Part shown: one piece after another, positions 36,513-42,403 of the stretch
Layout of the letters: every line of letters starts with the position of its first letter
Numbering within the stretch: the first letter of the stretch is position 1
Assembly (NCBI GenBank): GCA_023245725.1
Contig: JAHFJU010000005.1
Coordinates: 1 to 42,403, forward strand
Direction of reading: 5' to 3'
Origin: Candidatus Peregrinibacteria bacterium
GTDB lineage: Bacteria; Patescibacteriota; Gracilibacteria; UBA1369; UM-FILTER-53-11
Length of the DNA: 42,403 nt
Translations under genes and position numbers: made by a program
Notes under the pieces: generated by a model
The model's input: the letters and a program-made list of their open reading frames with translations, nothing else
Database searches by the model: none
Told to the model about the DNA's origin: nothing

Positions 36513-37208
36513 ATGACCATAGATTTCGCTAAACATAAAGCAATTTTGCTCCAGATACTTCAAGATATTTACTCCAATACCTCACTCTCTCCATATTTAG
36601 GATTCAAAGGTGGGACAGCTGCACTTTTGTTTTATGGTCTCAACCGGAACTCTGTCGACCTGGACTTCGACCTATTGGACGAGACCAAGGAAGACGAAGT
36701 CTTTGAAAAAATACAAAAAATAACTGCCAGCTACGGAAAAATTACAGACTCACATATAAAAAAATTTAATTTACTTAATGTTATTTCATACTCACCTGGC
36801 ACCCCCAAAATAAAGGTCGAAGTTAATCGCAGGAATTTTGGTTCAAAGTACGAGATCAAAAGCCTGCTTGGTATCTCCATGCTCGTTATGGTTAAAGAAG
36901 ATATGTTTGCCAATAAACTTATGGCTATGTATGAACGCGTGGGAAAAACAAGCCGTGATATTTTTGACGTACATTATTTCTTTAAACAAGGCTGGGATAT
37001 TAATGCGAATCTAGTTGAGGCGAGATCGAAATTACCGTTCAAGGACACTTTAACTAAGTGCTTAGAATTACTAGAGAAAATGCCCGACAAACACATATTG
37101 GACGGACTGGGAGAACTGCTTTCTGACGAGCAAAAAGACAGCATGAGAGCCACTCTGAAGCAAAAAACGATACTACTTCTAAAACTAAAGATAGAAAGCC
37201 TCAGCTAA
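36513..37208 (+). CDS. abiEii: AbiEii/AbiGii-family nucleotidyltransferase toxin (DUF1814)
   Basis: The signature is GFKGGTAALLFYGLNRNSVDLDFDL. I prefer the ATG at 36513, 5 nt after the abiEi stop. Confidence 0.72.
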   Translation: MTIDFAKHKAILLQILQDIYSNTSLSPYLGFKGGTAALLFYGLNRNSVDLDFDLLDETKEDEVFEKIQKITASYGKITDSHIKKFNLLNVISYSPGTPKIKVEVNRRNFGSKYEIKSLLGISMLVMVKEDMFANKLMAMYERVGKTSRDIFDVHYFFKQGWDINANLVEARSKLPFKDTLTKCLELLEKMPDKHILDGLGELLSDEQKDSMRATLKQKTILLLKLKIESLS

Positions 37209-37223
37209 ATTCAATAATTGCTT

Positions 37224-37232
37224 TGCTATAAT
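37224..37232 (+). promoter_or_regulatory. extended -10 TGcTATAAT, 6 nt upstream of the ATG at 37239
   Basis: Verified base by base. It lies 16 nt after the abiEii stop. Confidence 0.45.
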
Positions 37233-37238
37233 CACCAC

Positions 37239-38960
37239 ATGCAAACTGCCAACTGCACCTTAACTGGCCAGCCATTCTATATTCCTGACCTCGAGATACA
37301 ACACTGCGAGCGACTGGGAATTCCGCTACCAACGACCTCGCCACTTGAGCGCATGCGCACGCTAATGGCATTTCGCAATGAGTGGAAGCTCTACAAACGA
37401 AAGTGCGACGCTACCGGAGTAGACATTATTAGCGCCTACCCGCCCGACAGTCCGTTTACGATTTACAACAATGCGTACTGGTGGAGCGATACATGGGACG
37501 CTACTGACTACGGCATGGACTTCGATTTTTCCCGAGGATTTTTTGAGCAATATAAAGAGCTACAGTTGAAAGTTCCGCGCGAGGGTACGACGATTTTCAA
37601 TAGCGAAAACTGTGACTACAACAGCCATATTCGTCAGTCAAAAAACTGCTACTTAAACTCGCTAGTTGCAAAATGCGAAGACACTCACTACTCATACTGG
37701 GTAGTCGGAGACAAAGACGTGTACGACTCAATGTACACGAACAACTCAACTCTCTGTTATTTTTGCAGCGACGTAGAAAAAGCCTACGAGTGCGTTATGT
37801 TGAGTGAGTCGAGCAATTGCAATAATTGTTACTATTCATACCAGCTAAAGGGCTGCCAGAACTGCTTATTCTGCGATAACCTTTCAAATAAATCCTATTA
37901 TATTTTTAATAAACCGGTGTCGAAAGAGGAGTTTGAGGCGACAAAAAAACGCGTACTGAATGGCTCTTACGAAACGTGGAAGCAAAATATTGAGGAGTTC
38001 AAAAAACTGCGACAAAAAACAGTACACCAAAATATTCACAGCTTTAATACCGAAAACTCAACCGGCGATCACCTATATAACTCACGCAACTGCGACTACT
38101 GTTTCGATGCGCATGAATCCGAAGACTGCTACAACTGCATTTCACTCGACCACTCAAAAGACATTGTAAATTCATACTCAGCCGGATGGCCTGCGTGCGA
38201 GTTGGTGTACATGTGTAATGTGTCTCGTGGATCAACAAATATCGCTTTCTGTACATACACATGGTTCAGCCAAAATTTGATGTACTGCGACAGCATGAAT
38301 AGCTGCAGTGACTGCTTCGGCTGTATTGGACTCCGCAGAAAAAAATACTGTATTTTAAATAAACAATATACGAAAGAGGAGTACGAGAAAATTCTGCCAA
38401 AGATTATCGAACATATGAGAACAGCAGCAAGTGACGTTGAAGGCCGAGCAGCAGGGAGTGCCGGCGAAAGCAAAAATACAGCCTCACCTCCATGTGCCGA
38501 GTGGGGACAGTTTTTCCCAAAAGAGATTTCGCCTTTTGATTACAACGAAACGCCTGCACAAAACTTTTTTGCACTCACCGAAGCGATGGCACTAGACCGT
38601 GGATGGCGCTGGAGAAAAGAAGACCCACGAGAGTATAGAGTCTCAAGCATAGAAGCCATTCCTGACTCAATCGCACACGTAACCGACTCCATAACAAAAG
38701 AAATTTTGGCCTGTGAAATTTGTGGTAAAAACTACAAAATTACTGCTCAAGAATTAAAGTTTTATCGCTCAACGAACCTGCCAATTCCGCGCCATTGCCC
38801 AACATGTCGACACGAACAAAAAATGGTAATGCGAACCTTGCCTTTCTTATGGCAACGAAACTGCTCAATGTGCAGCAAAGAAATCTACTCGAGCTTTGAC
38901 CCAAACCGCGAAGAAAAAACATACTGCCAAGAGTGCTACAGGCAGGAGTTTTTGGCATAG
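37239..38960 (+). CDS. cysteine-rich protein (573 aa, about 35 Cys) with N- and C-terminal zinc-ribbon-like modules and an internal ~113-aa duplication
   Basis: The C-terminal module is CEICGKNYKITAQELKFYRSTNLPIPRHCPTCR plus CSMC...CQEC. The N-terminal module is a degenerate copy, CTLTGQPFYIPDLEIQHCERLGIPLPTTSP...KRKC. Two repeats end in CQNCLFCDNLSNKSYYIFNKPVSKEEFE and CSDCFGCIGLRRKKYCILNKQYTKEEYE. Confidence 0.7.
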   Translation: MQTANCTLTGQPFYIPDLEIQHCERLGIPLPTTSPLERMRTLMAFRNEWKLYKRKCDATGVDIISAYPPDSPFTIYNNAYWWSDTWDATDYGMDFDFSRGFFEQYKELQLKVPREGTTIFNSENCDYNSHIRQSKNCYLNSLVAKCEDTHYSYWVVGDKDVYDSMYTNNSTLCYFCSDVEKAYECVMLSESSNCNNCYYSYQLKGCQNCLFCDNLSNKSYYIFNKPVSKEEFEATKKRVLNGSYETWKQNIEEFKKLRQKTVHQNIHSFNTENSTGDHLYNSRNCDYCFDAHESEDCYNCISLDHSKDIVNSYSAGWPACELVYMCNVSRGSTNIAFCTYTWFSQNLMYCDSMNSCSDCFGCIGLRRKKYCILNKQYTKEEYEKILPKIIEHMRTAASDVEGRAAGSAGESKNTASPPCAEWGQFFPKEISPFDYNETPAQNFFALTEAMALDRGWRWRKEDPREYRVSSIEAIPDSIAHVTDSITKEILACEICGKNYKITAQELKFYRSTNLPIPRHCPTCRHEQKMVMRTLPFLWQRNCSMCSKEIYSSFDPNREEKTYCQECYRQEFLA

Positions 38961-39036
38961 TTATGCGAGCGCTCAAACTCCTCGAAAGGTAGAGTCGCGA
39001 ACAAATAACTTCTTTGAATGCTATTTAATATTACTA

Positions 39037-39627
39037 TCAAATATCTCTAATCTCACCACTGTCAAAAAATGAATTGCGATCGTTTCCTTCCTTTTTATAA
39101 TCAGTTGCGCTCCCACTATAGCTACCGTCTGGGTTAATACTAATAGAAACTTTTTTCGCGTACTCGCTTGGATTCTCATTATTTGGGTATTGTATATTTA
39201 CTAATAATCCATCGCCTTCATTGGCAATTGATGTTTGACTATTAGTCAAATCAAACTCTAAACCAAGTTTCTTCAAAAGGTCACCAGTAACCTTAGTCAT
39301 CTTATTATTTACAACTTCAGCATTTGATATTTCTTTCCCTGTAGGTGGATTCTGCCCCTTATCCAATAATACAACATTCCTAATAGCATTCATTTCTCTA
39401 AGTCTTGCAATAAGTTGTTGAGTATCGTTTTTCTCATTAACATTCAAAGCTTTATTAACTCCTTCATTCGCGGCTTTTTTATAAGAGTCTGCATTAATTG
39501 GAGCATGTGCATTTGAATCTGATTCATTCGGCGACGCAGCCACTTTCGATGTTTCCACATTCTTAAAAACGAAACGGCAGTTATTAGAAGAAAATCCAAT
39601 AGTGTTGAAACAATTTAATATTTTCAT
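39037..39627 (-). CDS. hypothetical protein (196 aa), AT-rich orphan
   Basis: It is the only long ORF at this locus, it is visibly more AT-rich than its neighbours, and I recognised no motif. Confidence 0.5.
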   Translation of the reverse strand: MKILNCFNTIGFSSNNCRFVFKNVETSKVAASPNESDSNAHAPINADSYKKAANEGVNKALNVNEKNDTQQLIARLREMNAIRNVVLLDKGQNPPTGKEISNAEVVNNKMTKVTGDLLKKLGLEFDLTNSQTSIANEGDGLLVNIQYPNNENPSEYAKKVSISINPDGSYSGSATDYKKEGNDRNSFFDSGEIRDI

Positions 39628-39792
39628 ATTTATTTTTATTTAATAATTATTACTAATATCATAACACAATACCCCCCCCTCGTAAAGGTCGCTCCATCTA
39701 TGTATTTCACGCATTACTCATGCAAATATTCGTGCTACACATCGTCACACTCCAAAATTAGGCAGACTATAAAATAGTACAACACAACTGCC

Positions 39793-39821
39793 GTTACAGA
39801 ATAAGCGTCTTGCGTTATACT
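39793..39821 (+). promoter_or_regulatory. promoter: GTTACA(39793-39798)-17 nt-TATACT(39816-39821), 7 nt from the E2 ATG at 39829
   Basis: Verified base by base. Confidence 0.5.
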
Positions 39822-39828
39822 CCTTGCA

Positions 39829-41223
39829 ATGGCATTTGAATTTAAATTACCGGACGTAGGCGAAGGAATTCACGAAGGCGAAATTGTGCGTTGGCGTGTA
39901 AAACTTGGCGAAACCATTAAAGAAGATCAACCAATTATTGAGGTTGAAACAGCAAAAGCGATTGTTGAGTTGCCGTCACCAAAGGCCGGAGTTATTTTGA
40001 AGATGAATGGCGCAGAAGGGGAGACAATTCACGTTGGAGATGTGCTTGTGGTTATTGGCGCTGAGGGTGAAAAAATAGAGGAGGCGAAGACAGTTGAGGA
40101 TCAAGCGCGAGCGCAAGGCTGCCGCTCAGGTGGCACGCCGATTCTAAAGCAAGGAGGCGCGAGCGCGAATCAAAATAGTAGCGGAGATATGCCGATTGCG
40201 GACACAGATACTCCTAATAAAAGCTCGAAAGATCAAGGAGTTGTAGGTCAAATTCCAGCAGAGATTGGCGGTTTTATACTTCCAAGCCGTACTGCCGAAG
40301 CGATACACTCAATAGGACGCGCACCAAAAATTATGCCAAGGATTCGTATGTTGGCAGGAAATTTGGGCGTTGATATCGGCTCAATTCAAGGCACGGGAAA
40401 CGGCGGAGAGATTACCGAAAACGATGTACGTGCTCTAGCAACTAAAGTTGGAAGTGCGCAAAAATTACAGAGCACGAAAAACAATGTATTTTCTGCAACC
40501 ACAAACCCTACAAAACAGCTTCCAAAACAAAACTTTGAAAAGTTTGGCACAGTAGAACGCACACAATTAAAAGGTATGCGCAAAGCGATTGCCGAGCACA
40601 TGGTACTTTCGATGAGCATGATTCCAAGCGTTACTCACTGCGACGAATTCGATGCATCGAATCTTGTCAAAAAACGCACATCACAAAAACCTGACGCCGA
40701 AAAAGCCGGTGTTAAATTAACTTATCTTGCATACATAGTTCAGGCGGTCGTTGCGGCACTTAAAGAATTCCCGGAGTTCAATGCCTCAATCGACGACTCT
40801 ACTAACGAAGTAGTGTACAAAAACTACATGAACATCGGCATCGCCGTAGACACCCATGAAGGATTAATGGTTCCCGTTATTAAGTCTGCAAGCCAAAAAG
40901 ACCTATTTGCAATAGCTGGCGAAATTGTTGAGCTCGCCGAAAAAGCACGCACACGAAAAGTAACTCCAACCGACATAGAAGGCGGAACATTCACAATCAC
41001 AAACATCGGTTCAATCGGCGGCACCGAAGCGACTCCTATTATTGCCTATGGCCAATCTGCAATTTTGGGAGTAATGAAACTCGCCGACAAGCCCGTTGCA
41101 ATAGCCGGCAAAGTCGAAGTTCGACCTGTCATGTCTCTCTGCCTTTCATACGACCACCGACTCCTCGATGGCGCACAAGCCGCCCGATTTATGAATGCAG
41201 TAATTGCAGAGTTGCAGATCTAA
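39829..41223 (+). CDS. dihydrolipoamide acyltransferase (E2) of a 2-oxoacid dehydrogenase complex
   Basis: The lipoyl domain is LPDVGEGIHEGEIVRW...IEVETAKAIVELPSP, with the lipoyl-Lys in ETAKA rather than the commoner ETDKA. The E3/E1-binding domain is PRIRMLAGNLGVDIGSIQGTGNGGEITENDV. The catalytic motif is LSYDHRLLDGAQAARF. Confidence 0.92.
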   Translation: MAFEFKLPDVGEGIHEGEIVRWRVKLGETIKEDQPIIEVETAKAIVELPSPKAGVILKMNGAEGETIHVGDVLVVIGAEGEKIEEAKTVEDQARAQGCRSGGTPILKQGGASANQNSSGDMPIADTDTPNKSSKDQGVVGQIPAEIGGFILPSRTAEAIHSIGRAPKIMPRIRMLAGNLGVDIGSIQGTGNGGEITENDVRALATKVGSAQKLQSTKNNVFSATTNPTKQLPKQNFEKFGTVERTQLKGMRKAIAEHMVLSMSMIPSVTHCDEFDASNLVKKRTSQKPDAEKAGVKLTYLAYIVQAVVAALKEFPEFNASIDDSTNEVVYKNYMNIGIAVDTHEGLMVPVIKSASQKDLFAIAGEIVELAEKARTRKVTPTDIEGGTFTITNIGSIGGTEATPIIAYGQSAILGVMKLADKPVAIAGKVEVRPVMSLCLSYDHRLLDGAQAARFMNAVIAELQI

Positions 41224-41227
41224 ATAC

Positions 41228-41575
41228 CTAAAATTCAAGACCGGAAATTTGAGAAAGTTTTTGTATCTCTGTCTTAAGTAGGGGCAAATCATCTTTAAGA
41301 GTAACCCATACCACATCTAAATCTACCGTAAAATAATCATGGACGAGTATATTTCTCATGCCTATAAGTTGAGACCATGCAATTTGAGGACTTTTATCTT
41401 TTACTCCCTGATCTATCCTCCTTGCGGCTTCGCCAACAATCTGAAGTTCTCGTATTACTGCATCTTGAACTAAATCCGAACTATAGAAAGATTTTTCATC
41501 TAGTTGAGAAATGTACTTCTCTATCTTTTCTATTGCCTCAATAATATGAATGAGATACACAGAGTTATTCTTCAT
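41228..41575 (-). CDS. hepT: HepT-like (DUF86) RNase toxin
   Basis: RNILVHDY is the Rx4HxY motif, and the protein is about 115 aa. It lies downstream of, and overlaps, an MNT gene. Confidence 0.8.
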   Translation of the reverse strand: MKNNSVYLIHIIEAIEKIEKYISQLDEKSFYSSDLVQDAVIRELQIVGEAARRIDQGVKDKSPQIAWSQLIGMRNILVHDYFTVDLDVVWVTLKDDLPLLKTEIQKLSQISGLEF

Positions 41576-41861
41576 AGAGCGTGATTAAATCCTTCTCAAT
41601 ATAGGGCTTAATTTTATAATTAATAGATTTTTGAGTCTGTAGATCTACAGTAGCTTGAAAAATTTTTGACAGTTCTTCTTGCATGCCAACAAACGCGAAC
41701 ATACCAACTGGTTTATTAAATTTTATCATCACATCTACGTCACTATCTTCACGTGCATCACCTCGTGCCTCAGAACCAAAGAGCCCAACATATTTAAGAT
41801 TATTTGCACGGGCAAAATTCGCAATCAAAGGAATAAATTTTTCTATATTTACTCTTCTCAT
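41565..41861 (-). CDS. mntA: MNT-family nucleotidyltransferase antitoxin
   Basis: The motif is GLFGSEARGDAREDSDVDVMI (GSx10DxD). I prefer the ATG at 41861 because TGgTATAAT (complement of 41871-41879) lies 9 nt upstream of it. Confidence 0.8.
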   Translation of the reverse strand: MRRVNIEKFIPLIANFARANNLKYVGLFGSEARGDAREDSDVDVMIKFNKPVGMFAFVGMQEELSKIFQATVDLQTQKSINYKIKPYIEKDLITLYEE

Positions 41862-41888
41862 AATAAAAACATTATACCACAAATTGGC

Positions 41889-42107
41889 TCATTCAACCTC
41901 AAACTGCTTCATTCTCGACGTAACGCCGCTCACCAATCTCACGTTCGACTTTGCCGTATCAAAATATCCTGCAAGCTCTTCTATAACGGCTTCGTTCGCC
42001 TTCCCATCTTCAGGCGGAACCGTAACCGAAACCTCGTAATGATTCGCGTCTATGCTCACAGTTTTCACAGCATGAGCCTTTGGTTTTACCTTAACAAAAA
42101 TCCTCAT
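41889..42107 (-). CDS. DUF167 (YggU-like) protein
   Basis: A 72-aa protein, VKVKPKA...V.V..PPEDGKANEAVIEELA...V.LVSG..SR.K, typical of DUF167. Confidence 0.7.
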   Translation of the reverse strand: MRIFVKVKPKAHAVKTVSIDANHYEVSVTVPPEDGKANEAVIEELAGYFDTAKSNVRLVSGVTSRMKQFEVE

Positions 42108-42117
42108 ATAAAAATAA

Positions 42118-42403
42118 TTAACGAATATCGCGGTGATTCAAAGTACGGGGCTGATGAGTAAAAACAACGCTCACATAATTCAAAATATAAATAAGCGCAC
42201 TCATAATTGCTCCATCTTTTGAAAGCCTTCGCGCAGAAGAATACATATAAAAATTCATACTGAATTTAACGTTCCCAACTTCATAAAGCCTCCGTGCAAA
42301 ATCTGCATCATCTCCATAAAAAGAGATTCCAGGATCAAACCCACCACTTAACTCAAGAGCATCTTTACGCGCTATACAATTGCCACCAATAGCCAAATAT
42401 CCA
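42118..42403 (-). CDS. family 2 glycosyltransferase, C-terminal fragment (the 5' end is beyond the window)
   Basis: GGNCIARKDALELSGGFDP...YGDDADFARRL is typical of the GT2 C-terminal region. The frame is open to the window edge. Confidence 0.6.
   Translation of the reverse strand, partial: GYLAIGGNCIARKDALELSGGFDPGISFYGDDADFARRLYEVGNVKFSMNFYMYSSARRLSKDGAIMSALIYILNYVSVVFTHQPRTLNHRDIR

Noticed and set aside
41679-42161. Plus-strand ORFs of 160 and 118 aa across the MNT/DUF167 region
   Set aside because: They are antisense to two minus-strand genes with clear family motifs (GSx10DxD and the DUF167 GKAN motif), and their translations are low-complexity.
1-42403. CRISPR arrays, IS elements or inverted terminal repeats, integrases, and rRNA/tRNA genes
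   Set aside because: I found no regularly spaced direct repeats, no transposase- or integrase-like ORF, and no rRNA/tRNA consensus in the intergenic regions by eye. A proper scan with tRNAscan-SE, Infernal and MinCED should confirm this.

Overview
This is a gene-dense (about 90% coding) bacterial chromosomal segment of moderate-to-low GC that uses the standard genetic code; TGA acts as a stop at 20691-20693. I found no rRNA, tRNA, CRISPR array, integrase or transposase. The gene content and compact style suggest a small-genome uncultivated lineage, possibly CPR/Patescibacteria-like, but I cannot assign taxonomy from sequence alone.

Housekeeping content:
- carB (5'-truncated), pdxS and pdxT (not adjacent), folE and recR.
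- A translationally coupled MEP-pathway operon, ispG-dxr-ispDF-ispE.
- infC-rpmI-rplT, a cyclophilin lipoprotein, murF, holB, a VanW protein, YtxH, a TrxR-like flavoprotein, rny and a cysteine desulfurase.
- lipA and a 2-oxoacid dehydrogenase set (E1alpha, E1beta, E2).

Accessory or unusual content:
1. A 4-kb insert between E1beta and E2. It carries an AbiEi/AbiEii pair, a 573-aa cysteine-rich protein with zinc-ribbon modules at both ends and an internal duplication, and an AT-rich orphan.
2. An Nramp-family transporter with the Mg2+-type (NRMT-like) DAGG/TxxA site substitutions. It is translationally coupled to a soluble PRC-barrel + MgtE_N + CBS protein.
3. Two orphan genes with visibly paralogous promoters, lodged between pdxS and pdxT.
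4. A 303-aa orphan between lipA and E1alpha, and a secreted CARDB-like protein between E1alpha and E1beta.
5. A HepT/MNT toxin-antitoxin pair.

A recurring sequence-level pattern is a -10-like hexamer 6-9 nt upstream of the ATG of about a dozen genes. This suggests widespread leaderless or near-leaderless expression. All functional calls rest on motif recognition by eye; no database search was run.
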